26,939 bases of DNA from an uncultured Ruminococcus sp. (lineage in GTDB: Bacteria > Bacillota > Clostridia > Oscillospirales > CAG-272): NCBI GenBank assembly GCA_964431775.1, contig CAYSKU010000003.1, forward strand, positions 1 through 26,939. The letters are read 5' to 3'. The position numbers were made by a program, and so were the translations under genes. Shown one piece after another: positions 1-9,025 of this stretch. The notes under the pieces are model-generated. The model searched no databases. It was not told the DNA's origin and saw only the letters and a program-made list of their open reading frames with translations. The first letter of the stretch is position 1. Each line of letters begins with the position of its first letter.

Positions 1-299
1 GGGTCGGCTGAGCCGACAGGCGGTCATCGGCGCACTTGCAGTTGAAATTGCAAGACATCCCACGACAATATTGTTTGTGCAGAGTTGCCTGAGCCGACAG
101 GCAGTCATCGGGTCGGCTGAGCCGACAGGCGGTCATCGGCGCACTTGCAGTTGAAATTGCAAGACATCCCACGACAATATTGTTTGTGCAGAGTTGCCTG
201 AGCCGACAGGCAGTCATCGGGTCGGCTGAGCCGACAGGCGGTCATCGGCGCACTTGCAGTTGAAATTGCAAGATATCCCACGACAATATTATTGGTGCA
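1..299 (+). repeat. 109-bp tandem array (~2.7 units) of the H+C dispersed repeat family; cores at 26-81, 135-190, 244-299
   Basis: GGGTCGGCTGAGCCGAC restarts at 1, 110 and 219. Units 1 and 2 are identical; the unit 3 core differs at a few positions. Probably truncated by the window start. Confidence 0.95.
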
Positions 300-413
300 G
301 GGGCAGTCTGCTGACTTTTTATTTTATTGTATTTGTTCGTCCACGGCTACACGTGTAGGAGGCTTATAAATAACAAGCTCACGTTTTTTAATAAAGAATT
401 CACCATTTAGATA

Positions 414-441
414 TTGAATTTTGACCGAAATGTGGTATACT
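414..441 (+). promoter_or_regulatory. sigmaA-type promoter for the 489-734 gene
   Basis: TTGAAT (414-419), 16-nt spacer ending in TG-n (extended -10), TATACT (436-441), in AT-rich context. Confidence 0.6.
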
Positions 442-488
442 AACAGCGTATACTCATACAAATTCCCGATAGGAAAGGATATCAGACA

Positions 489-734
489 ATGAAAAAGGAA
501 AATTCTTCCTGCACTCTGAAGAGTATCTTCGTTGTTATCGGCGCACTCGTCAGCCTCGCTGCTCTTGCGGTCGTTGTATACACGATCTTTAAGAAGTACT
601 TCAAGGTCACCTTCGAATGTGACGGCAGCTGTGACGGTTGCGAAGACGAATGCTTCGATGATGAAGATGCTTGCTACGAGCCTATCTGCTGCTGTGACGA
701 TATAGACGATGCAGAGGACGAGGACGCAGAGTAA
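489..734 (+). CDS. Small (81 aa) membrane-anchored, Cys- and Asp/Glu-rich hypothetical protein
   Basis: RBS AAAGGA at 474-479; hydrophobic helix IFVVIGALVSLAALAVVVYTIF; tail with CxxxCxxCxxxC and CCC; own promoter and terminator. Confidence 0.8.
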   Translation: MKKENSSCTLKSIFVVIGALVSLAALAVVVYTIFKKYFKVTFECDGSCDGCEDECFDDEDACYEPICCCDDIDDAEDEDAE

Positions 735-758
735 GCTTGCTTCCGAAATAAGCTCCCG

Positions 759-789
759 AAAGAGACGCACATCGCGTCTCTTTTTCTTT
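759..789 (+). terminator. Intrinsic terminator
   Basis: AAAGAGACGC-ACATC-GCGTCTCTTT hairpin followed by a T-rich tract, 25 nt after the stop codon. Confidence 0.8.
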
Positions 790-790
790 G

Positions 791-1127
791 GCGATCTGAG
801 ACCGCAAGCATGGATCGGCATTCGTGAAGCTTGGGTTGGAAGACGACCCACGACAATATTATATGTGCGGATCTATTGTAACGCATTCTCCTTCAGTCGG
901 CGTCGTCGCCATAAATGGCGACCGCGACAGCTCCCTCCCGGAGGGAGCCTAAGGCTACAAAATCTGCACCAATAACATTGTCGTGGGATATCTTCCAATT
1001 TCGACTTCACGAACGCCGATTCCTGCCTGTCGGCTCAGCAGACAAGTTTGCACCAATAATATTGTCGTGGGATATCTTCCAATTTCGATTTCACGAACGC
1101 CGATTCATGCGCCCCGCCTCAGGCGGG
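791..1127. repeat. Composite repeat: H + core(+, 814-869) + module B (~871-953) + core(-, 965-1020) + core(-, 1049-1104) + H(-, 1113-1127)
   Basis: Direct alignment by eye to the other copies; inverted arrangement. Confidence 0.9.
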
Positions 1128-1156
1128 TTGCGTATTTGGGGAAAGTGGTGTATAAT
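1128..1156 (+). promoter_or_regulatory. sigmaA-type promoter for the DUF5107 gene
   Basis: TTGCGT (1128-1133), 17 nt, TATAAT (1151-1156); RBS AAGGAG at 1186-1191. Confidence 0.65.
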
Positions 1157-1199
1157 AGGGTGATGATCTCGAACGTTAAGTTATAAAGGAGAAACAGAT

Positions 1200-3227
1200 A
1201 TGCTGAAATTCACGGAAATGCGCTTGCCGGCGGCTGACCTCGGTACACCGAACGTCCTCCCCGACGTTCGCGCAGGCTATCCCTCGGGCGATACGCCAAA
1301 CGCCCTCCCCGACACGCGCTCCGACCTCCGTCCCGACGAGACCGCATGGGTGCATAAGGGAAGGATACACTGTATGCTTCCGTATACCATGCAGGACGGC
1401 TATAACAGAGTGCTTACGGAAAAGCCGCTCAAGACCGCCGTACTCGAGAACGAGTTCCTTCGTGCGGAGTTCGCGACAGGTCTCGGCGGACGACTTTGGT
1501 CGCTCTACTCGAAGACGGAGGAGCGTGAGCTTCTTTTCAGAAACAACGTCTTCCAGCCGGCTAACCTCGCACTTCGTAACGCATGGTTCTCCGGCGGTAT
1601 CGAGTGGAACATCGGTATCATAGGTCACCATCCGTTCACCTGCTCACCGCTGTTCACCGCACGGTACAAGAACGCCGCCGGAGGCGAAACGTTGAAGATG
1701 TACGAGTACGAGCGAAAGCGCGGTATAGTGTATATCGTCCGCGCAACGCTTGCACGCGATAACCTCCTCGTCCGCGTTACTATAGAGAACCTCTCGGCTG
1801 AGGATACCTACGTCTACTGGTGGTCGAACGGCGCGTACCTCGAAACGCCCGACAGCCGTGTCATCGTTCCGGCAAAGACCTACTACAGCTACCCCTGGCG
1901 TGACGGCGTGCCGATGGTCGAGACCCCCGACGTTCCGGAGGGCGCGTATTATCCTGCCGCACACGACCACGCATACGACTACTTCTACCGTATGGAGGAG
2001 GGTCGTCACCGCTTCATGTCGTACTACAACGGAGAGGGAAAGGGCTTCGTGCAGTTCTCGACCGCAAACGAGCTCGGACGTAAGCTGTTCGTCTGGGGTA
2101 CGGAAAAGGCAGGAGGACGGAACTGGAACCGTTGGCTCTCGCATGACGACCGCTGCTACGCGGAGCTTCAAGCAGGTCTTCTGCATTCGCAGTCGGAGCA
2201 GAGACCGATGAAGGCAGGGGAGGTCATCGAGTGGACGGAGGGCTACGCCGCCTCGTCCGGCGACCCTGCTATCCTGCACGGTGCGGACTACGATGCCGCC
2301 GGACGCTACGTTGAGTCGCGCATAGTGGAGGACGGACGTATAGAGCTGGTCTGCACGGCTGATGCGTACTTCACTCCGGTCGAGGCGGAGGAGCTCGTCA
2401 GCTACGGCTCGGGCTGGGGCGCACTCGAGGAGCTTGCGCGCAGGAAGGCAGGAAGGAGCGACTGGCGACTGAGTACGAGTGCCGTCTTCCCGATAGAATC
2501 GGTCTACGGCAAGGCGGAGGAGGACTTCCTCAGGCTTCTCGAGGAGGGTCATCTGCCGTCACGTCCCGCGACGATCTCGGAGGGAGACGTTATCGAGTAC
2601 GGAGCAGGAGGGCGCATCATACACGCGCTCGAGCTGACGGAGGGCAAGGACTGGTACACTTGGCTACAGCTCGGCTGTGCGTACTACGAGGCGCGGTCGT
2701 TCGACGCGGCGCGGATGGCGTTCGAGAAGTCGATACGTGAGACGGAAAACCCGATCGCGCTACGCACGCTTGCGTGGATATACGCCGCCGATGCGGAACG
2801 CTACGGTGACGGACGTATCAGGGAGGGCGTAGGCTTGATGAAGAGGGCGGTCGAATTAGGCGGCACGGGCTACGTGCGTCTGATCATTGATGCGATACGC
2901 TATATGCAATCGTTCGGTACGGATGAGGACATAGCTGCGATGATCGAGGGGTGCGGTGCTGTGGTACGGCAAAACGGACGTATCGCGCTGTTCTACGCAC
3001 AAAGTCTCGGCAAGCTCGACAGGCTTGACGAAGCGGTATCGATCATGCGTTCCGCGCCGGAGGTATCGGACATTCGAGAGGGCGAGGTCTCGACCTCGGC
3101 GATCTGGCTCGAGCTATATCGAAAGGTGATCGCACGTGACGAGCAGCGTTCGGCAGAGTGCATCACCGACGACGAGATATTCGAGAAATACCCCATCCCC
3201 CACACCATCGACTTCCGCATGAGCTAA
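1200..3227 (+). CDS. DUF5107-domain protein with C-terminal TPR-like helical repeats
   Basis: N-terminal LENEFLRAEF..LGGRLWSL..ELLFRNNVFQPANLALRNAWFSGGIEWN is characteristic of DUF5107 as recalled; C-terminus has a TPR-like pattern (W.QLG.AYY.A..F.AA..AFEKSI); strong RBS. Confidence 0.7.
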   Translation: MLKFTEMRLPAADLGTPNVLPDVRAGYPSGDTPNALPDTRSDLRPDETAWVHKGRIHCMLPYTMQDGYNRVLTEKPLKTAVLENEFLRAEFATGLGGRLWSLYSKTEERELLFRNNVFQPANLALRNAWFSGGIEWNIGIIGHHPFTCSPLFTARYKNAAGGETLKMYEYERKRGIVYIVRATLARDNLLVRVTIENLSAEDTYVYWWSNGAYLETPDSRVIVPAKTYYSYPWRDGVPMVETPDVPEGAYYPAAHDHAYDYFYRMEEGRHRFMSYYNGEGKGFVQFSTANELGRKLFVWGTEKAGGRNWNRWLSHDDRCYAELQAGLLHSQSEQRPMKAGEVIEWTEGYAASSGDPAILHGADYDAAGRYVESRIVEDGRIELVCTADAYFTPVEAEELVSYGSGWGALEELARRKAGRSDWRLSTSAVFPIESVYGKAEEDFLRLLEEGHLPSRPATISEGDVIEYGAGGRIIHALELTEGKDWYTWLQLGCAYYEARSFDAARMAFEKSIRETENPIALRTLAWIYAADAERYGDGRIREGVGLMKRAVELGGTGYVRLIIDAIRYMQSFGTDEDIAAMIEGCGAVVRQNGRIALFYAQSLGKLDRLDEAVSIMRSAPEVSDIREGEVSTSAIWLELYRKVIARDEQRSAECITDDEIFEKYPIPHTIDFRMS

Positions 3228-3228
3228 G

Positions 3229-3438
3229 GTCGCCTGAGGCGACAGGCAGGCATCGGCGGTCGTGCAGTTGAGATCGCAAGATATCCCACGACAATATTAT
3301 TTGTGCAGGGTCATCGGCGGCAGCCTGAGGCTGCACACGGTCATCGGCGTTATTTCGGTCGAAATTGAAAGATGACCCACGACAATATTATTTGGTGCAG
3401 ATCTGTTGCTGACGTTTTGTCCTGTGCAGACCGCACGT
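3229..3438 (+). repeat. Two tandem H+C units (cores 3252-3307 and 3343-3399) plus shared tail TGCAGACCGCACGT (3425-3438)
   Basis: Hairpins GTCGCC-TGA-GGCGAC (3229-3243) and GCAGCC-TGA-GGCTGC (3320-3334); cores align to consensus. Confidence 0.9.
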
Positions 3439-3478
3439 AATAAATATGTTAGAAACGCAAGCGTTTCCTTCAATTGAT

Positions 3479-3560
3479 GCCCCTGCGCGGGGCGGCGCAC
3501 AAGGGGACTTAGTCGAAGCCCCCTTGTGAATCTCCCCGACCAGAGGCGTTCCCCCTCTGG
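3479..3560. other. Cluster of three GC-rich hairpins (REP-like), unrelated to the H/C family
   Basis: GCCCC/GGGGC (3479-3493), CACAAGGGG/CCCCTTGTG (3498-3528), CCAGAGG/CCTCTGG (3540-3560). Confidence 0.5.
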
Positions 3561-3585
3561 ACACTCCCTTTCGTGCAGTTAAGTA

Positions 3586-3733
3586 GGGGAGAATACCGAC
3601 TATCGTTTCAGTCAGTTCGTATATACCTACGAGTTGGGGTGACGTCAGCTTTCACAAAGTGAGCCGCATACGTTTTAGCGAACGGACGGAGAGGATACCA
3701 ATGGTGACGGATACGTAGTGAGGTATTCTCCCC
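3586..3733. ncRNA. Candidate structured ncRNA or MITE: 148 bp closed by a perfect 12-bp inverted repeat
   Basis: GGGGAGAATACC (3586-3597) / GGTATTCTCCCC (3722-3733), with further imperfect internal pairing. Family not identified. Confidence 0.3.
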
Positions 3734-3789
3734 GTCTATACGTAAAGCTTAGACTTATATACCGTCTGTAGACCAACGTTTATCTTAAA

Positions 3790-5799
3790 ATGAAAAACAT
3801 ACCTTTCAAGCTCACCGCCCCGTATTCCCCGACAGGGGATCAGCCGGAGGCGATAGAAAAGCTCACCGCAGGAATAGAGGCAGGTATGCGCTACCAGACC
3901 CTCCTCGGTGTCACAGGCTCGGGCAAGACCTTCACTATGGCAAACGTCATTGCTCGTCTGAACCGCCCGACCATAATCCTTTCACATAACAAGACCCTCG
4001 CGGCGCAGCTCTGCTGTGAGTTCCGCGAATTCTTTCCCGAAAACGCAGTCGAATATTTCGTCTCGTACTACGATTACTACCAGCCCGAGGCATACGTCCC
4101 CGGTAAGGATATGTATATCGAAAAGGACTCCTCCGTGAACGACGAGATCGATAAGCTGCGCCACAGCGCGACCTCCGCTCTCTTCGAAAGACGTGACGTC
4201 ATAATCGTGTCGAGCGTGTCGTGCATATACAGCCTTGGCCCTCCGGAGGAGTACGCCGGACAGGTCATCGGACTTCGACCCGGTCTCGAGCTGTCGATGC
4301 GTGAGCTAATGGCTCGTCTCGTCTCGATAAGCTACGAGCGAAACGACGTGCAGTTCGTCAGAGACAAGTTCCGTGTCCGCGGTGACGTTATCGAGATATT
4401 TCCGGCAGACTATTCCGAACGAGCGATACGTGTCGAGTTCTTCGGCGACGAGATCGACCGTCTGTCCGAGTTCGATCCGCTGACGGGACAGGTACGCGAA
4501 TACCTGACCTACGCGCCGATATATCCGGCGACCCACTACGTCGTCGATCCGACGATGCGCGAACGTGCGTTCGAGGAGATCGAGAATGAGCTTGAGGAGA
4601 GGGTGGAATGGTTTCGTTCGCAAGGGAAGCTCCTCGAGGCACAGCGCATAGAGGAGCGCACACGCTACGACCTCGAGATGCTTCGTGAGGTCGGCTTCTG
4701 CTCCGGTGTCGAGAACTATTCCCGAGTTTTTGCAGGACGTGCGCCGGGTTCGACGCCGTACACGCTCCTCGACTATTTCCCCGACGACTACATCATGTTC
4801 ATAGACGAGAGCCACGTTACGATACCGCAGGTCGGCGGCATGAGCGGCGGCGACCGTGCGCGAAAGAAGAATCTTGTAGATCACGGCTTCCGTTTGCCGT
4901 CAGCCTACGACAACCGACCGCTGACGTTCCCCGAATTCGAAGGGAAGCTGAATCAGGTCATCATGGTCTCCGCGACCCCTGCCGAATACGAAGCGGAGCA
5001 TACCGAGCAGGTCGTTGAGCAGATCATCCGTCCGACCGGACTTGTAGATCCTGAGGTAGAGGTACGTCCGGTCGAGACGCAGATAGACGATCTGCTGATC
5101 GAGATACGGGAGCGAGTGAAGCGCGAGGAGAGAGTTCTTGTCGCGACACTGACCAAAAAGATGGCGGAGGACTTGACGGAATACCTTGACGACAACGGTA
5201 TCCGTGTGAAGTACATCCACCACAACGTTGACACGATGGAGCGGACGGAGCTGTTGCGCGATCTGCGAATGGGGCTGTTTGACGTGCTTGTGGGAATAAA
5301 TCTTCTCAGGGAGGGAATAGACCTGCCGGAGGTGACACTTGTAGCTATACTTGATGCGGACAAGGAGGGACTTTTCCGAAGCACACGTTCGCTGATACAG
5401 ATGATCGGACGAGCGGCGCGGAACGCGAACGGGCGAGTGATACTGTACGCGGACAAGATAACGACCTCGATGCGCGAGGCGATAGAGGAGACGGAGCGAC
5501 GTCGCACCATACAGCAGGCGTACAACGCGGCGAACGGCATCACGCCGAGGACGATCGAGAAGAAGATCGGAGGACTGATCAAGATCGCGGCAACGGACGA
5601 GGGAGAGGCGGTCGCGCCGAAGAAGCGTGGACGTCGCAAGGCGGAGCCGGCGGTCGTTGAGAATGCGGTGACGGGCGAGACGCTCGAATCACAGCTCGAG
5701 CGACTGCAAGCCGAGATGCTACAGGCGGCGAAGGAGCTTCGCTTCGAAGAAGCGGCGTTCCTTCGCGACAAGATAAGTCGGCTGAGGTCGGCGGTCTGA
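3790..5799 (+). CDS. uvrB: Excinuclease ABC subunit B
   Basis: PTGDQPEAI, Walker [25 protein letters not shown] beta-hairpin, IDESH, C-terminal UVR coiled coil ([13 protein letters not shown]). Confidence 0.98.
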   Translation: MKNIPFKLTAPYSPTGDQPEAIEKLTAGIEAGMRYQTLLGVTGSGKTFTMANVIARLNRPTIILSHNKTLAAQLCCEFREFFPENAVEYFVSYYDYYQPEAYVPGKDMYIEKDSSVNDEIDKLRHSATSALFERRDVIIVSSVSCIYSLGPPEEYAGQVIGLRPGLELSMRELMARLVSISYERNDVQFVRDKFRVRGDVIEIFPADYSERAIRVEFFGDEIDRLSEFDPLTGQVREYLTYAPIYPATHYVVDPTMRERAFEEIENELEERVEWFRSQGKLLEAQRIEERTRYDLEMLREVGFCSGVENYSRVFAGRAPGSTPYTLLDYFPDDYIMFIDESHVTIPQVGGMSGGDRARKKNLVDHGFRLPSAYDNRPLTFPEFEGKLNQVIMVSATPAEYEAEHTEQVVEQIIRPTGLVDPEVEVRPVETQIDDLLIEIRERVKREERVLVATLTKKMAEDLTEYLDDNGIRVKYIHHNVDTMERTELLRDLRMGLFDVLVGINLLREGIDLPEVTLVAILDADKEGLFRSTRSLIQMIGRAARNANGRVILYADKITTSMREAIEETERRRTIQQAYNAANGITPRTIEKKIGGLIKIAATDEGEAVAPKKRGRRKAEPAVVENAVTGETLESQLERLQAEMLQAAKELRFEEAAFLRDKISRLRSAV

Positions 5800-6087
5800 G
5801 ACCGCAGGCATGAATCGGTGTTCGTGAAGTTGAAAGTGGGAGATATCACACGAGGGTGGAGTTGGTGCAGGTCTGGTCTGCTGACGAGACGATATGGTCA
5901 CACGTGTATGAGCCTCCCTTCGGGAGGGAAGGAGAGCGCGTTACAATAGACTTGCACAAATAAAATTGTCGTGGGATATCTTTCAACATAAACTGAAAGT
6001 GCGCCGATGACTGCCTGTCGCCTCAGGCGACCCGATGACTGCCTGTCGCCTCAGGCGACCCGATGATTGCCTGTCGCCTCAGGCGAC
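5791..6087. repeat. Composite repeat: H (loop is the uvrB stop) + core(+, 5814-5869) + shortened module B (5909-5950) + core(-, 5953-6008) + three 28-bp H units (6004-6087)
   Basis: Direct alignment; unit CCGATGACTGCCTGTCGCCTCAGGCGAC x3, with one mismatch in the third. Confidence 0.9.
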
Positions 6088-6150
6088 TCTGCACAGCACT
6101 GAATTTCAGCGGTCATTGTTGACCGCAATTATTTTTTTACATTATAAGCC

Positions 6151-6178
6151 TTGCCTAACGGCGGATTTATGGTATAAT
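6151..6178 (+). promoter_or_regulatory. sigmaA-type promoter upstream of galactokinase
   Basis: TTGCCT (6151-6156), 16 nt, TG-n-TATAAT (6170-6178). Confidence 0.6.
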
Positions 6179-6369
6179 ATACGTAAAAGAGGAATTTTCG
6201 AGCTCGTCCTCTCACGTATGGTCTCACGATGACCTACAGCGGACGAAGCTTCGTTCCCCTACAGCTACATAACTACTCAACAAAACGAACGAGCCGCAGA
6301 GCGGTACGTGTATGTGTACGTGCCGTGTGGAGCGATCCCGCGTCCTGCGGTCAAAGAAAGGAATCTGCC

Positions 6370-7668
6370 ATGACGATCTCCGAACTCAAAAAGAAGATAC
6401 TCGACGGCGGTATCGACGAGACCCTCGTAAACGGTCTGTCCGTGCCTGCCGATAAGATACCCACACAGCGCGAACGCTACGCCAAGGCGACCGACGAATT
6501 CGTCGCCCTCTACGGTGACGGTGATGTCTCCCTCTACTCCGTTGGCGGCAGAAGCGAGATATCCGGTAACCATACCGACCACAACTTCGGTCGTGTAATT
6601 GCCGCAAGTGTCAACCTTGACGTGCTTGCTGTCGTTAAGAAGACCGAGGACGGCGTTATCCGCATAAAGAGCGAGGGCTTCCCCGAGGATATCGTTTCCC
6701 CCGAGGCTGCCGAAGCTCCCGACGAGGCTAAGTTCTTCACCTCGGCGGCGATCATCGCCGGTATGGAGCGTGCGTTCCTTGACGCCGGCTACGCGGTCGG
6801 CGGCTTCGATGCGTACACTACGTCAAACGTCCTCAAGGGCTCGGGCATAAGCTCCTCTGCGGCATTCGAGGTAATGGTCGGCAATATCCTGAACTACCTC
6901 TACAACGACGGACGTGTCTCGAACGTTGAGATCGCGAAGATGGCGCAGTTTGCCGAGAACAAGTTCTTCGGCAAGCCGTGCGGACTTATGGATCAGACCG
7001 CCTGTGCGGTCGGCGGCTTCATCACCATCGACTTCGAGGATCCCACCGAGCCTGTTATCGAAAAGCTCGACTTCGACCTCACTGCCGCGGGCTACAGCCT
7101 CTGTATCGTAAATACCGGCGGCAACCACGCAGACCTCAACGATGATTACGCCTCCGTTCCCACCGAGATGAAGGCTGTTGCCGCAAAGCTCGGCGTTCCC
7201 GTGCTTCGCAAGACCGACCGTGAGGCTCTCGACAAGGCTCTTGCCGAGGACGGCGCGTCACTTCGCGAGGATCCGGGCGACCGCGCTATCATGAGAGCGT
7301 ACCACTTCTTCGCGGAGAACGAGCGTGTAGCCGCTCAGGTCGAGGCGTTGAAGAAGGGTGACGTTTGCGGCTTCCTGTCCGGCGTTACCGCCTCCGGAAA
7401 CAGCAGCTTCAAGTTCCTCCAGAACGTTTACACGACAAAGAACGTTGGTGAACAGGGACTTTCCCTTGCACTTTGCCTTGCGGAGCGCATGACGGGTGAG
7501 TTCGGCGGTGCTTGCCGCGTTCACGGCGGCGGCTTTGCCGGAACTATACAGGCGTTCATCCCGACCGACAGGACAGCGGAGTTCGCCGCAAGGATGGACA
7601 GCATATTCGGCGCAGGCGCAACTCACATCCTCAGCGTTCGCAAGAACGGTGCCTGCAAGATCTGCTAA
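6370..7668 (+). CDS. galK: Galactokinase (GHMP kinase family); start revised from 6229 to ATG 6370
   Basis: GRSEISGNHTDH, GSGISSSAAFE, GKPCGLMDQ and RVHGGGFAGT motifs; RBS GAAAGGA just upstream of 6370. Confidence 0.88.
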   Translation: MTISELKKKILDGGIDETLVNGLSVPADKIPTQRERYAKATDEFVALYGDGDVSLYSVGGRSEISGNHTDHNFGRVIAASVNLDVLAVVKKTEDGVIRIKSEGFPEDIVSPEAAEAPDEAKFFTSAAIIAGMERAFLDAGYAVGGFDAYTTSNVLKGSGISSSAAFEVMVGNILNYLYNDGRVSNVEIAKMAQFAENKFFGKPCGLMDQTACAVGGFITIDFEDPTEPVIEKLDFDLTAAGYSLCIVNTGGNHADLNDDYASVPTEMKAVAAKLGVPVLRKTDREALDKALAEDGASLREDPGDRAIMRAYHFFAENERVAAQVEALKKGDVCGFLSGVTASGNSSFKFLQNVYTTKNVGEQGLSLALCLAERMTGEFGGACRVHGGGFAGTIQAFIPTDRTAEFAARMDSIFGAGATHILSVRKNGACKIC

Positions 7669-7672
7669 TTCT

Positions 7673-7890
7673 GTCGCCTGAGGCGACAGGCAGGTATCGG
7701 CGTACTTTCAGCTTAGATCGAACGAGCTCCCACGATGGGATGGTTTGTGCAGACTTGGTCTATAGACTGTATGCTTTTTGCAGACCGCACGTTATTTTAT
7801 TATGCTTGCGGTGACACGTTATCATCGTGGGATCGCTCTACTGTATGGCTGAACGTAAGCCGATCCATGTCCGCGGTGACACGCCGCCGC
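7673..7890. repeat. H + core(+, 7696-7751) + tail + degenerate core(-, 7809-7864) + decayed hairpin
   Basis: GTCGCC-TGA-GGCGAC 4 nt after the galK stop. The reverse copy keeps ATCGG and CCCACGA with the same spacing as intact cores but has lost TGCA. Confidence 0.8.
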
Positions 7891-7910
7891 GAAGAAAGGG
7901 TATTTTGTAA

Positions 7911-8285
7911 ATGAGATCAAAGGGAAAGCTGCGCCGACTTGGTGTATTGTTTTTGAATTTCGTCCTGTTCTACGTTCTGCTTCGGCTGATAATACTGCTT
8001 GCCGGACGGACGGGGATAATGGCGATATACTATATCGGGGTGACCCTGTATACGCTTGGCGCAGGAGCGGTGTTCATCACGTTCTTCTGCCTGAACGGCT
8101 ACACCGTGAACAACGTTGACCGAACGGCGGACGACCTCCCCGAGAGGTGGACGGACGAGCGAAAGCGCGAGTTTTTGGCGGCACAGCCGGAGAGGCGCAG
8201 GAAGGCACGTCAGCTCATGTACGTTCTAATGCCGATGGTGGTGACGCTCCTCATAAGCTATATCGAGCTCAGCTTTTTCAAGTGA
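7911..8285 (+). CDS. Hypothetical membrane protein (124 aa, 2-3 TM segments)
   Basis: Purine-rich RBS GAAAGGG, hydrophobic segments, 15 nt upstream of rlmH. Confidence 0.7.
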   Translation: MRSKGKLRRLGVLFLNFVLFYVLLRLIILLAGRTGIMAIYYIGVTLYTLGAGAVFITFFCLNGYTVNNVDRTADDLPERWTDERKREFLAAQPERRRKARQLMYVLMPMVVTLLISYIELSFFK

Positions 8286-8300
8286 GAGGGGCGGTGCATC

Positions 8301-8783
8301 ATGCTCAAATTGACGATAATCGCCATGGGACGACTGACTGTCGGGTATTTTCGCGAGGCTTGCGAGGACTATCTTCGCAGGATGTCGCGGACGTACAGCG
8401 TGACTGTCGTAGAGCCGAAGCCGGAGCCTCTTCCGAAGGAGCCGACGGAGGGGGACATAGCCCGTGCGCTCGAGCGTGAGGCTGTTCGCATACGAGAGGC
8501 GATACCTCCGCGAGCGGTGGTGATCGCGATGTGTGTAGAGGGGCGTGAGCTGTCCTCGGAGGAGCTTGCGGCACGTCTTGACGGCTACGCATCGTCCGGC
8601 GTATCGGAGGTATGCTTCATCATAGGCTCGTCGCACGGCTTGGATGCCGCGCTCAAGACCTCCGCCGCGCTTCGCCTGTCGGTCTCACGCATGACCTTTC
8701 CGCACGAGCTGTTCCGCGTTATGCTGTTCGAGCAGCTCTACCGCGCCTCCGAAATAAACTCCGGCACTCGCTACCACAAATAG
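8301..8783 (+). CDS. rlmH: 23S rRNA (pseudouridine-1915-N3)-methyltransferase
   Basis: SPOUT signature: FIIGSSHGL, LSVSRMTFPHELFRVMLFEQLYRA, terminal RYHK; 160 aa. Confidence 0.95.
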   Translation: MLKLTIIAMGRLTVGYFREACEDYLRRMSRTYSVTVVEPKPEPLPKEPTEGDIARALEREAVRIREAIPPRAVVIAMCVEGRELSSEELAARLDGYASSGVSEVCFIIGSSHGLDAALKTSAALRLSVSRMTFPHELFRVMLFEQLYRASEINSGTRYHK

Positions 8784-8787
8784 GCGG

Positions 8788-9010
8788 GTCGGCTGAGCCG
8801 ACAGGCGGTCATCGGCGTTCGTGAAGTCGAGACTTTAAGACATCCCACGACAATATTATTGGTGCGGATTTGGTCTGCTGAGTCGGCTGAGTCGCCTGAG
8901 CCGACAGGCGGTCATCGGGTCGGCTGAGCCGACAAACGGTCATCGGCGTTCGTGAAGTCGAGACTTTAAGACATCCCACGACAATATTATTGGTGCGGAT
9001 TTGGTCTGCA
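8788..9010 (+). repeat. Two identical cores (8811-8866, 8942-8997; 131-bp spacing) with interspersed H units
   Basis: Direct comparison; the first hairpin starts 4 nt after the rlmH stop. Confidence 0.92.
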
Positions 9011-9025
9011 TAAGGTAACATCATC

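Noticed and set aside
1-299. CRISPR array interpretation of the tandem repeats (also 6004-6087, 20443-20609)
   Set aside because: No unique spacers: whole units repeat. The same sequences are dispersed on both strands, and there are no cas genes.
324-851. 175-aa minus-strand ORF
   Set aside because: Shadow of the 489-734 gene, which has the promoter, RBS and terminator.
915-1186. Short ORFs made of repeat sequence (…LSWDIFQFRLHERRF… and similar at 674, 8809, 12381, 16928, 20303, 21896)
   Set aside because: Translations of the repeat; no consistent start or RBS, and substitutions are not synonymous-biased by inspection.
3229-3243. H hairpins as Rho-independent terminators
   Set aside because: No U-tract follows any copy, and separate conventional terminators exist (759-789, 16568-16613).
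3734-3789. LexA (GAAC-N4-GTTC) SOS box and RBS upstream of uvrB
   Set aside because: No matching SOS box or Shine-Dalgarno found by eye; not called.
6229-6369. N-terminal extension of galactokinase given in the ORF track
   Set aside because: No RBS at 6229 and a non-family sequence; a good RBS precedes ATG 6370.
8760-8800. rlmH 3' end as an integrative-element attachment site (orfX analogy)
   Set aside because: No recombinase or cargo follows; only the ubiquitous repeat, as after other genes.
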